The translations under genes were made by a program, and so were the position numbers. Source: a virus (lineage: Duplodnaviria; Caudoviricetes). From it: a DNA stretch of 42,238 bases. Within the stretch, counting starts at the first letter, position 1; every line of letters starts with the position of its first letter. Below are positions 1-8,928 of this stretch, in pieces. The notes beneath the pieces were generated by a model that saw only the letters and a list, made by a program, of their open reading frames with translations, was not told the origin of the DNA and made no database searches. Location: positions 1-42,238 of IMG/VR virus record IMGVR_UViG_3300048599_000730. One strand, 5' to 3'.

Positions 1-1011
1 ATGCGCGCCGCCAAAGTCCATGGCGGATCTCGGCCGCTGCAGTCGTTCGATCATGAAGAAGCAATGATGTCTATTCGTGCCGCATCCTCAGCAACAGAAG
101 ATCTGACGATCGTTACTGTTCATTTTAACACGCCAGCTGAAACTATCGCTTGCGTTGTGTCGATACTTGATAAATACACGGTAAGTACCGCATCATTCAA
201 ATATCGCATCGTTGTCGTCGACAACCGCTCGGAAACGGATAGATTTCTGGAATTGAAGGAGGGCATCGACGGTTTGCAATCGGACGCGGTCATCCTCGTC
301 CGGAATTGCTTTAATGCGGGTTTCGGTTTGGGATGTATGCTCGGCCTCAATTATTCGGCCGGACGCTACGTTGCTTTCGTCAACAGCGACACATGCTTCG
401 ACGAGGACTGTTTCACGCCATTGATAGCCCATCTTGACAGGCACTCCGACATCGGCGTTATCGGGCCTCGGCACCGGTCGATCGATGGCCGACCTGAGCG
501 CTCCTACGGCTTCGACGAGCGCCTGCTGGACCGGCTGGTCGGCCGGCGGCGCAAGCCGATGGAGCCGGCGGAGCCGATCGAGGTGGATTATGTGTTCGGC
601 GCCTTCATGCTGTTCCGGAGGGATGCTCTCGCGGTAACGGGAGGGTTCGATCCGTCAATCTTCCTGTTCTACGAAGAGATGGATATCTGTCAGCGCCTGC
701 GAAAATCAGGCTATCGTTGTGTTTTCCACCCCGGCGTAAGTTTTCGCCATATCGGACAGGCCAGTGTTCGCGCACTTTTGGACACCAAGCTGGAATCCGA
801 TCTTTCGCTCCTTTATGTCATGCGCAAGAACGGCTCATACCTGCGCTATCGCGCCTTTTGGCTTACGAAACTCGTTTCCTACGCCCTGCGATCGCTTTTC
901 AATGCTCGCTATCGCAAGCTTCTCCTCCGTCTATTGACGGCGGGGGCGCCGCAGGCTCTGTCGATGCGGGTAGGGCAGGCGTGCAATTTCGATTTTATTA
1001 ATCGAGCATAG
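1..1011 (+). CDS. Glycosyltransferase family 2 (WbbL/RfbF-like), host gene flanking the prophage
   Basis: GT2 motifs IVTVHFNT, IVVVDNRS, NAGFGLGC, AFVNSD (NxD), DYVFGAFMLFRR, GGFDPSIFLFYEEMDICQR, FRHIGQAS. True start may be the Met at 64 or 67. Confidence 0.9.
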   Translation: MRAAKVHGGSRPLQSFDHEEAMMSIRAASSATEDLTIVTVHFNTPAETIACVVSILDKYTVSTASFKYRIVVVDNRSETDRFLELKEGIDGLQSDAVILVRNCFNAGFGLGCMLGLNYSAGRYVAFVNSDTCFDEDCFTPLIAHLDRHSDIGVIGPRHRSIDGRPERSYGFDERLLDRLVGRRRKPMEPAEPIEVDYVFGAFMLFRRDALAVTGGFDPSIFLFYEEMDICQRLRKSGYRCVFHPGVSFRHIGQASVRALLDTKLESDLSLLYVMRKNGSYLRYRAFWLTKLVSYALRSLFNARYRKLLLRLLTAGAPQALSMRVGQACNFDFINRA

Positions 1012-1096
1012 AATGTGCCGCCATCGGCCGCGGGCGTTCCATGGATTTGTTTCCTCCATATTTCAATAGGTTCAGTTTTGCCCGGAAGCGTTCCGC

Positions 1097-1145
1097 TGGT
1101 GGGCCCGGCAGGACTCGAACCTGCAACCAGACCGTTATGAGCGGT
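1097..1145 (-). tRNA. 3' fragment of a CAT-anticodon tRNA (probably tRNA-Ile2), forming the prophage att junction
   Basis: Minus strand reads ACCGC-TCATAAC-GGT CTGGTT GCAGG-TTCGAGT-CCTGC CGGGCCC ACCA: anticodon arm with CAT, T-arm, acceptor 3' strand and CCA. The D-arm and 5' acceptor strand are replaced by unrelated sequence. Lies about 180 bp from the integrase stop. Confidence 0.88.
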
Positions 1146-1326
1146 TTCGTATCAGGTCATCGCATTGAAAAATAAGCGATATTTTCTCCGTGAGATACGC
1201 CGAAATGCCGCTTTGTTCACGGCGATCCGGACCCCATCCAGACCCCCTAGGAACATCCCGAATACGATTGTTCTTCTTTTCGGCTCGCCGACCGGGACAG
1301 CGGCAGCGAACTCTATCATGCCTGGA

Positions 1327-2562
1327 TTAAGTGCGAGAGCGGCGCGTGCGGGCCGTTTTGGTTGGGCGCTTGTCCAGCGCATCCGTAGCAGATCTTTGAT
1401 GGTCCGGGTGATGGTGCCCGTAGACGCGCTCCAACATCTGGACGGTCATTCCCAAAAATCCGGCTGCGTCCCACATATTGGCACCGGCTTGCATCAGCCA
1501 AGTTGCGCACGTGTGCCTGAGGACGTGTGGGGTGATCTTTGAACCCAGCCCGGCGGCGATCACCGCTTTGGCAAAAGCCTTGTTGACCTCGGCAATTGGA
1601 AGACCATTGAATTCGACCACCGCGTCTTTCGAGATCCCTTTGCGCTCCCACCGATCGAGGTGTCGCAGCAGGCGCTTCGGCAGGCGTACCGGCGGACGTC
1701 TCTTGTCTGTCTCGGTTTCATCGGAACCGCGCCGATAGAAGACGCCGCCGTCGAGGTCCACCCATCCATTGTCTGGCGTCTTGTCCCACCTAGCTCCGCA
1801 AATCGCTGCCGCGCGAGATCCAGTGTACAGGCCTACCAGAATGAACCGTGCGAGGTGCAGCCACGGCCGTTTCCCCGTCTCGATAAGCTGCCCTTTGCGC
1901 TCACCGCGTCCGACCGTCTGCACCTCGTGCTTACGCAAGCACGTCCACAGCAGCCGTGCCGCATCGGATCGTGTGAGCCAGACGACTTTGGGTTGGCTCC
2001 GATCCGGCAGCACGACCTCGATCACCTCGCGGCAGTAGCCCTCGCGCCTGTGAAAATTGATAGCCGCACGGAGGTCTTCAAGCTCACGACGGACGCCGCC
2101 GTCCGTGACTTTTTTGGCTTTGTTGCCAGTGACTTCAGGCTTCGAGTTCTTCCAGTCCTGAGATTTCCTCCAGGCGGCATACTCGCGGCAAGTCTTGCCA
2201 GTGACATCAGCGAGGGTCTTCCCAGACCACCATTCGCCAAGCTGGATAAGGCGCTGGCCGCATTTCTCGGGTCGAGCCTGCGTCGGCACGGAGTCCGCGA
2301 GATAGATCGCGAGCACGTCCGTGACCAAAATCGACGCAGCAGCGCGGTCTTTTTCACGCGGAGCCTCGTACTTGCGCTCTAGGTATGCCGCAAGCGCGAC
2401 CTCTGCTCCTGCGCGATCCGCTTCAGGGCAGCCAGTGACGACTGCGCTTTGCACGTCTCCGTCCTTGATGACCCAGACTGCGCTTTTGCGCAGTTTTCCT
2501 GTCTCTTTGTTGTACTCGGCGGGCTTGAGGTAGAGACGTGCGCCTTTGGATTTTGCAGGCAT
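1327..2562 (-). CDS. int: Tyrosine recombinase / phage integrase
   Basis: Catalytic motifs LYTGSR, TDKRR, HVLRHTCATW, FLGMT and VYGHH; adjacent to the tRNA fragment. Confidence 0.95.
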   Translation of the reverse strand: MPAKSKGARLYLKPAEYNKETGKLRKSAVWVIKDGDVQSAVVTGCPEADRAGAEVALAAYLERKYEAPREKDRAAASILVTDVLAIYLADSVPTQARPEKCGQRLIQLGEWWSGKTLADVTGKTCREYAAWRKSQDWKNSKPEVTGNKAKKVTDGGVRRELEDLRAAINFHRREGYCREVIEVVLPDRSQPKVVWLTRSDAARLLWTCLRKHEVQTVGRGERKGQLIETGKRPWLHLARFILVGLYTGSRAAAICGARWDKTPDNGWVDLDGGVFYRRGSDETETDKRRPPVRLPKRLLRHLDRWERKGISKDAVVEFNGLPIAEVNKAFAKAVIAAGLGSKITPHVLRHTCATWLMQAGANMWDAAGFLGMTVQMLERVYGHHHPDHQRSATDALDKRPTKTARTRRSRT

Positions 2563-2822
2563 TCAGCCCTCCACTCGCGGATCCCATCGATCGTCACATA
2601 GATCCGGCTGCCGTGCCGCTCGTGCACGAGATCGCCACGCTCAATTGCAGCCCGGAGTTTCCGCTCAGTCAAGAATGGACTCGGAGCTCCGGGGGAGCCG
2701 CCAAGTTCCGGCAGTTGCACTGCGGCGGACAGAGGAATCGGAAGATCAGTGCGGATCTTGTTGTTGTCGTTTCCGGATTCAGATTCCCGGTCGTAGAAGG
2801 CCAGAATTGCGCGAGTCTGCAT
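2379..2822 (-). CDS. Putative excisionase-like DNA-binding protein overlapping the int 5' end
   Basis: wHTH-like core LTERKLRAAIERGDLVHERHGSRIYVTIDGIREWR; directly upstream of int and overlapping it by 184 nt. Confidence 0.6.
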   Translation of the reverse strand: MQTRAILAFYDRESESGNDNNKIRTDLPIPLSAAVQLPELGGSPGAPSPFLTERKLRAAIERGDLVHERHGSRIYVTIDGIREWRAECLQNPKAHVSTSSPPSTTKRQENCAKAQSGSSRTETCKAQSSLAALKRIAQEQRSRLRHT

Positions 2823-3024
2823 GTACCATGACGCTCAACTTTGTTGAAATATAGATGATCTGCAATCCCTCCATTAGAGCCGGTAATGATCTGGAGGTGT
2901 ATTGTTGGTTCTGCGTACTATGACTTCCTAGTTAACGAATTTTAACTGCAGCCGCTAAACGTTGACATAAAAGACAGGCTGGCACGGTCGCCAGCCTACC
3001 TCAATCGGTGGTAGGTGCTATCTA

Positions 3025-4353
3025 ATGACAGGCAGGCCGAAACCGAGAGGAAAAATGACGACGTGCGGATCCTTGCTCTCAGAGTGGAAATACTTACTTG
3101 AGTGGCCACAGACGATCGAGTGTCCGCAGATGACGCTTATCGGCGCGGATGGAGAGGCCGATATCGTTGCCGGATACGGGAAGATAGAAATTAGAGATCC
3201 TCAGACTATCGAATACGAGATGTTTGGGGTTCCGTCCGACGTAGGGTCGGCCTTGGCACGCTTTCGAAAAGCAAGCGAAGCGATATACAACGTAGATATA
3301 TTCATCACGCCACGGCTAATATGCGCCGATACCAGCGGGCGGCGCTTCAACGCTGGTTGGACCTCGCCTGAAGTTGATCCGCAGCGTGGTGGTTTGTGGC
3401 GGTTTCGTGGTGACTTGGTTGGACTAACTCCAGAGATGACCACTAACAGTGACGTGGAGCACGCCACTGAAGTAATTTTTTACATCCCTAGGCACACGAG
3501 GGCAAATATTGTTCTTACTCGCTTCTGCTCTGAGCGGGTGAAACTCAATGCTGTTGGCGTTGATGTCTGTTTTGAATTCGATGCGGACACGTCGCTGTTA
3601 ACGGTCACGTCAACTGGATCAAAGACACTATATTCGCCTTTCACAGAAAATGTTCTTGGCGAACCACTCCGAATTATGTTTGGGCAACTACTATATCCAA
3701 GGCTTACAGCGCGAATCTTTGAAGGCAAGACTATGCCTGTTCAGTTTCGGTCCTCAACGCATCCGGTGCGAAGTTCTGATTGGCTTGCACTGTGGACAGG
3801 CGAGAAGGTGTTTTCTGATGCCGAGGGCTTCTGGCAAATGTACGCGGCACTGTTGAGCGCAGTCGCGAACGACCCTCCTCTTGATCAGCGACAAGGTCTG
3901 GATCCTCACAAACTTACTAGGCACTATGAGGAGCTTATCCAAGCATCAGAAGGGTCCCGGTGGGTGTGGGCGTTAACGCTCGCCAGCACTGCAGAGGCTA
4001 TTGCCGGAATGATCTACCCGAGAGGATCTAGGAATGAGCGTGCCGACTTTGAAGAGATTGAGAAATTGTCGGCCCATATTCGGAAGTGGACTGGTGACAA
4101 TAATCTGAAGTCAGTAGCCGTGCAGGCGCTTGATCGCTTGAAGGAGATGACTGTAGTGCGTGGTCTATTGGTCATGCGTGACAGCGGGCGCATTACAAAA
4201 ACTCAGTATCAGACTTGGTCTAGTGTTAGAAATTCCGTGATGCATGGTTACCTTGTCTCTCCTTATTCCTCTAGGGAAGATGATACCAACGTTCGAGAAC
4301 TGGTGGGGCTTGTTCACAGCCTGACTAGGTGTCTTGTTGGCCTGGGTGAGTAG
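3025..4353 (+). CDS. HEPN-domain protein, ApeA-like candidate anti-phage RNase
   Basis: C-terminal helical region with RNSVMHG (Rx4H, nt 4228-4245), beta-rich N-terminus, orientation opposite to its neighbours, TTGACA at 2962-2967 upstream. Start could be 3055. Confidence 0.6.
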   Translation: MTGRPKPRGKMTTCGSLLSEWKYLLEWPQTIECPQMTLIGADGEADIVAGYGKIEIRDPQTIEYEMFGVPSDVGSALARFRKASEAIYNVDIFITPRLICADTSGRRFNAGWTSPEVDPQRGGLWRFRGDLVGLTPEMTTNSDVEHATEVIFYIPRHTRANIVLTRFCSERVKLNAVGVDVCFEFDADTSLLTVTSTGSKTLYSPFTENVLGEPLRIMFGQLLYPRLTARIFEGKTMPVQFRSSTHPVRSSDWLALWTGEKVFSDAEGFWQMYAALLSAVANDPPLDQRQGLDPHKLTRHYEELIQASEGSRWVWALTLASTAEAIAGMIYPRGSRNERADFEEIEKLSAHIRKWTGDNNLKSVAVQALDRLKEMTVVRGLLVMRDSGRITKTQYQTWSSVRNSVMHGYLVSPYSSREDDTNVRELVGLVHSLTRCLVGLGE

Positions 4354-4563
4354 ATGGGAAAGAACGTTGTCCGACAGGCAGACTGCGTGTGGCGCTCTTT
4401 TCCGATAGCTCTCATTACCACAAAAGAAAAGAAGAGATAACATACAATGGAGAGTGCGTTGGGTACTACAAGATTAGGCGGGTGCTGAAGGCGGCCCATG
4501 CGTTTTCCAAAAAGGAAAAGGCGCAGTTCGCGGTCGTGATTGAAGTGTTTTCTGGCGCCTGAC

Positions 4564-4950
4564 TTAAGTCCACCAATCGGTAATCGCCGCATCGCATTCC
4601 GAGCACACGCACATCATCATGCCGGAAGTCGTCTCCCGCACCCGCCCCGGCCGCCCGCAGACCTCGCAAATCGAAGCTGACAAAGCCGTAGCTCTTGCGA
4701 TCAACGCATCACACTCGCTGTCCAGACCTTCTCCGTCGATATAGAGACGGCCGTCGGCGTCGTTGATCCGCGTGACGCGTACCGTCAGCGCTCGGCGCTT
4801 GATGATCTCATCGAGCCGCCGCACGAGCGACACGACGAGATGTAGTCTGCCGACGAGCGGACTCGGATCGGTCTGAAGCCACGGGTAAGCTCTCCGTAGC
4901 TCCGCGCGCCATCCAGCGTATTTTTCGTCGTCAATCGGCGATGAGGTCAT
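4564..4950 (-). CDS. Zn-finger protein, diverged paralogue of the upstream KEKFG-motif protein
   Basis: Shares GWRxEL..AYPW, VSLVRRLD and ICExCGxPG..CVC with 4931-5317. Start placed at MTSSP (4950). Confidence 0.7.
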   Translation of the reverse strand: MTSSPIDDEKYAGWRAELRRAYPWLQTDPSPLVGRLHLVVSLVRRLDEIIKRRALTVRVTRINDADGRLYIDGEGLDSECDALIARATALSASICEVCGRPGRVRETTSGMMMCVCSECDAAITDWWT

Positions 4951-5317
4951 TGTAAGAGTCCCCATCGCTGCCGTCTGCGTGGTCTTCGCACACGCACTTG
5001 TACCAGCCACGCACAGACTTGATTTTACCCGGCTTGCCGCAGTATTCGCAGATCGTCTCGGACATCTCTTCCGCTCTGTTGATGAGATCGAGAGCTTCAG
5101 AATTCGCGCCGCTCACGTAGAACCGCAGGCCTCCAAATTTTTCTTTGATCTGAAGGACTTCTAGAGACAGTCCATCCCGCTTTCGGATCACATCAAGCCG
5201 TCGAACAAGCGACACAATCAGATCTCGCCACCCATCTTCGACTTCCGCGTACCCGGACCATGGATACGCATCTTGCAGTTCGCCGCGCCAGCCTTTTCCG
5301 ACCACCCAAGTCATCAC
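4931..5317 (-). CDS. Conserved phage/MGE hypothetical protein with QIKEKFGGLRFY motif and CxxC..CxxH Zn finger
   Basis: GWRDLI..QIKEKFGGLRFY..SETICEYCGKPG..CVCEDH; ATGA overlap with the AAA protease stop. Confidence 0.8.
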   Translation of the reverse strand: MMTWVVGKGWRGELQDAYPWSGYAEVEDGWRDLIVSLVRRLDVIRKRDGLSLEVLQIKEKFGGLRFYVSGANSEALDLINRAEEMSETICEYCGKPGKIKSVRGWYKCVCEDHADGSDGDSYNDLIAD

Positions 5318-7383
5318 AGCACCTCACGGATCATCTGCGCGATCTCGTCGCGGCCAAGAACTTTGCGCACGATCAGCACCGCAGCCATCCGCTCAATCGC
5401 GGTCTTGTGCGGCCTGAGCGCATCGAGCACGGCGATCCACTCGCTCTGCATGATCTCCTCGACCCTTCTCCGGATGTCGCCGCGTGCGATGAGGATCCCT
5501 TGAATCTGATCGTCGTCGATGATGACCGAGGACAGCATCGCGTCGAGCGACGACGACAAGATCATGCGCGCGATCTGCGTCGTTGCAGTCACCGCGTCGC
5601 CGCTTGGAAGGCCCGGCTGCTCAAGCCGGTGGCCAAGGACTAGGGCCTCCGCAGCCATACCGCCGAGCTTAGCGCGTACCTCCCTCATGATATCGGCACG
5701 AGTGCGTACCAAGTCTTCACCGCGCCAGATTTCGGTGTAGCCAGCTACCAGAGACAGAGGGCCGTCGAGTGCGAGGCGGACCTCTTTGATCACGTACCCC
5801 TCAAGATGTCCTGCGAGCACGTGACCGATCTCGTGCACCGCCGTCGAATGCGTGTCGCGAGCGGAGATCGGGCGTTGCGGAAGCAGGGCGCCGAGCACGT
5901 CGTCCATAGACACCTCCCGATGTGCGAGGCGAGCGGACCGCCGGGCATCACGGGCGATCTGTTCCAGACCGGCGCCAGCCATGCCGAACGTCGCAGAGGA
6001 CGTCTGGATCAGATCGCCGACGGGGATCGACGGCAGATAGAAATGCAGGATTTCCGCGCGCCCAGCGTCGTCCGGCAGTTGCAGATCGATGTGTCGATCG
6101 AGGCGGCCGGGGCGCAGAAGGGCAGGATCGAGATTTTGAGGGTAGTTAGTTGCGCCGACAATAATAACTCCGTTATGCCGATCATATCCGTCCAGTTTGC
6201 TGAGCATATAAGTCATCGTCTCAGTATTAATAGACGCATTGTGACCACTGAACTTATCGCGCCGACCGAGACTGTCGATCTCGTCGATAAAGACGATGCA
6301 AGCGTGATCAGTTGCAGCGTATTCCCTGGCTTTATCGAACAAATCTTCGATTTCTCTGATAAAGCCACTCAGGCCTCCGCCGAGCTTCCTCGAACCCCAA
6401 GTTTCGGTGAGATTGATATCGATAATCTCGACACCGCACTCGCGCGCTAGAGCCTTGGCATAGGTCGTTTTGCCGGTGCCCGGAGCGCCAGACAGGAGTA
6501 CACCTCGGTCAAGGTCGTCGTAGCCGATGACACCGGAACGGATATCCGCGATGTCGCGCGCAAGCGTCATGCCCCAGTCCCGCGCACGAGCGTCGACACC
6601 CGGCATCTGCGAGAGCGGCAGAACATCGGCTCCTCGGTCAGTCGACGCGACAGAGACCGATTTTTTGACGGCTGCGCTCTTCTCGGCCTTAGCGTCGGCC
6701 TCGACTTTTCGCGCGATCTCCTTCGTGGCCACGGCGCGGCGCAAGCGCAGGAGACCGTCTTCGAGACCCCCGGATTTGTTGCCGAAGGCCTCACCGACAG
6801 CACTCAGTGGAGACGACAAGACGGTGCGGACAACGGCGACAGACGGGGTGGTTCCGTACGCACGCTCCATCAGGTCCATGACTTCGCGCGGTGCGGCCGG
6901 GCGGACGCGGATGATCGCATCGAAGACATCCGAAATAGGCCGCTCAGTGCGCCAATCAGACAGCAACGTGTCGAGGCCCTTGGCGCTGACCAGGATCACC
7001 GGCCAGCGGAAACGGCTCAGCGCATCAAGGACTTCTCGATTTTTGAAGATATCGAACCCGTCGTAGTCGTCATAGTTGACACGAACGACGCGGTGATCTT
7101 GAGATGTTAAAGTAATCTCAAGATGTTTAAGGATGTCTTGTTTGAGACAGTGCGCGTCACTCTGCGTATAGCTGTCCGGATGTACGCACAGAATCGCGCA
7201 AGATTTCGATTTGTCCGTAAGGTGGACCTGATCAATGGTCCTCTTTGCGATCAGATACGTGTACGCGTCGCCGAAGATGACTTCTTCGCGTTCGCTAGTA
7301 TTATGCGTCTCAAACGGATCGAGGATATCCTGCAGATTGTCCGCGTGCATAGACATAGTCAGCATCTCCGAATTGTGTTGCAC
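5314..7383 (-). CDS. Soluble FtsH-like AAA+ ATPase with C-terminal M41 zinc protease domain
   Basis: Walker A GAPGTGKT, Walker B VFIDEID, SRH ATNYPQNLDPALLRPGRLDR, HEIGH zinc motif, LGGMAAE, SGD. No N-terminal TM helices. Start uncertain. Confidence 0.88.
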   Translation of the reverse strand: MQHNSEMLTMSMHADNLQDILDPFETHNTSEREEVIFGDAYTYLIAKRTIDQVHLTDKSKSCAILCVHPDSYTQSDAHCLKQDILKHLEITLTSQDHRVVRVNYDDYDGFDIFKNREVLDALSRFRWPVILVSAKGLDTLLSDWRTERPISDVFDAIIRVRPAAPREVMDLMERAYGTTPSVAVVRTVLSSPLSAVGEAFGNKSGGLEDGLLRLRRAVATKEIARKVEADAKAEKSAAVKKSVSVASTDRGADVLPLSQMPGVDARARDWGMTLARDIADIRSGVIGYDDLDRGVLLSGAPGTGKTTYAKALARECGVEIIDINLTETWGSRKLGGGLSGFIREIEDLFDKAREYAATDHACIVFIDEIDSLGRRDKFSGHNASINTETMTYMLSKLDGYDRHNGVIIVGATNYPQNLDPALLRPGRLDRHIDLQLPDDAGRAEILHFYLPSIPVGDLIQTSSATFGMAGAGLEQIARDARRSARLAHREVSMDDVLGALLPQRPISARDTHSTAVHEIGHVLAGHLEGYVIKEVRLALDGPLSLVAGYTEIWRGEDLVRTRADIMREVRAKLGGMAAEALVLGHRLEQPGLPSGDAVTATTQIARMILSSSLDAMLSSVIIDDDQIQGILIARGDIRRRVEEIMQSEWIAVLDALRPHKTAIERMAAVLIVRKVLGRDEIAQMIREVL

Positions 7384-7608
7384 TCAAGCGGTGCGCGAAT
7401 ATTCGCGCCTCGCGAGCAGCTATTCGGGAGATGCTTTTGCGGACTCTCGTCTCCGGGATGAGCGCAGCCACAACCGCCAGCGACATGCGCTGTGCGGCCT
7501 TCTGAATGCTGTGGCTGGGCAGGTTGCTGGACATGATGTCGCGACGGTAGCCGGTGCCGATTCCACGGTCAACGATCGGCCAGGGACATCACCGGCGAGA
7601 AGTTAACG

Positions 7609-8589
7609 TCACCCGCGATTGGGCTTTTTGGAATGCACCGGCCGCCGTGACGCTGGCTTGAGCGTCGGGTCGTCCAACCGCTGAATCCATTCGGCTTTCG
7701 TGTCCGGACGCCACTTCTCTTTTACGGCCTCGACTGTAAGGACGATCTTCGCGACCGGCGGCTTGCCTGGAGGCCTTCTCTCACCGACCCCGTAGATACG
7801 AGGGATGGCCTGCATCTCAACCTTGAAATCCTTAACAATTTCAGAGATTTCGGCTAGTGCAGGCTCAAGGCACCGGCGGCGAAAAACGTCGTATGAACCC
7901 CAGTCGTGCCCCATCAATTTCGCGAGGTCTTCGGGGGTGTACTCTAGAGGTCTACGCAAACCGTAGTGCAGACCGTAGAGCCATGCCAATTTTGCATACA
8001 ATGGCTGCGTATATTTGCTTTCGAATTTAAGGAGATCAATTAGGTTGAGATGTGTGTAGCCCAACTTATTAGTCTCGATGACCTGCTGAACGGCGTCGGG
8101 GATTTGAAATGCGATCACCCGTTCGGCATCGCGATTGCGTAGATCACGGACGATCTCCGCGTGCATTAGCGACGTCGTGCCGTGCTGGGTGGAATAGCCG
8201 ACGTCGACGATATCGTAGTCTGCAGTCGCGCTGCAAATCCGCTTGAGCGACGCCTGAAGGCCCCGGAGCGTGCTGATGCCTGTGGCAGTCATGACCGACG
8301 ACGCCTTGATGTAATGGTCGGACTCGCTCTTGTCACTCTCTTGCCAGACGGCCATCAAGATGGCGTACACGGCACGATCGACGGCATCGAGCCCGCCGGC
8401 GTCGACGTGCAAACGCTCGATGACAGAGCGATATGCGGGCACTCTTGGACGCTGCTTCGCGAGCTCGATCGGATCGTCGAGAGCCGATTGCAGGTTTCTT
8501 GCCTGCACGCGCGGGGGCCGGTAGAAGCCTTTTCGCTTAACGGCATAAGTTTCCGACTTATCTCCATTGATATAAATTCTAACAGTCAT
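7609..8589 (-). CDS. Rep_3 family (plasmid RepB/RepE-like) replication initiator
   Basis: GYTHLNL..FESKYTQPLY..YTPEDLAKLMG..YDVFRRRCLEPALAEIS matches the Rep_3 WH2 signature (SKYs..LY; y..f.r.vl.pa..Ei). Confidence 0.75.
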   Translation of the reverse strand: MTVRIYINGDKSETYAVKRKGFYRPPRVQARNLQSALDDPIELAKQRPRVPAYRSVIERLHVDAGGLDAVDRAVYAILMAVWQESDKSESDHYIKASSVMTATGISTLRGLQASLKRICSATADYDIVDVGYSTQHGTTSLMHAEIVRDLRNRDAERVIAFQIPDAVQQVIETNKLGYTHLNLIDLLKFESKYTQPLYAKLAWLYGLHYGLRRPLEYTPEDLAKLMGHDWGSYDVFRRRCLEPALAEISEIVKDFKVEMQAIPRIYGVGERRPPGKPPVAKIVLTVEAVKEKWRPDTKAEWIQRLDDPTLKPASRRPVHSKKPNRG

Positions 8590-8691
8590 GGTCCTTTAAG
8601 TCCTTTTGACTCCTATGCTCACCGCCGGCGGCGCGTGGGTCAAACGGTAGACCTGTAGTTTCTTTCGATATACGTATTCTCAATTATATCA

Positions 8692-8814
8692 CTGGCCGAC
8701 CTGAGCTTCATCGGCCAGCCGTCTGCCAAAACTCGACCTCCATAAATTGGCGTACAGCGCAATCTCGGGCCTCTGATGACATCTGCATCACGGGAGCCAT
8801 CCCTGCGCTGTACG
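8692..8814. promoter_or_regulatory. Two inverted repeats upstream of rep (possible origin or control element)
   Basis: CTGGCCGA (8692-8699)/TCGGCCAG (8711-8718); CGTACAGCGCA (8751-8761)/TGCGCTGTACG (8804-8814) with an inner TGATG/CATCA pair. Confidence 0.45.
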
Positions 8815-8928
8815 GGGCGTTTTTCCGCTTTTCGGGCTTCATAGGTGTATGTCCTGATGAAATCGGATGTGCTCCGCCGACGGGAATCCGGGGTAATGTC
8901 GAGACAACGATGTACGGAGGAGGTGTAC

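Noticed and set aside
1097-1172. Complete tRNA gene
   Set aside because: The D-arm and 5' acceptor strand are missing; only the 3' 49 nt look like tRNA.
1165-2533. Plus-strand ORFs antisense to the integrase (e.g. 1165-1542, 1660-2382)
   Set aside because: Shadow ORFs of a GC-rich gene with no motifs; the same reasoning was applied to antisense ORFs within the protease, terminase, TMP and tail genes.
5314-7383. Host housekeeping ftsH
   Set aside because: No TM or periplasmic region, divergent pore loop, and it sits inside the prophage; gene symbol withheld.
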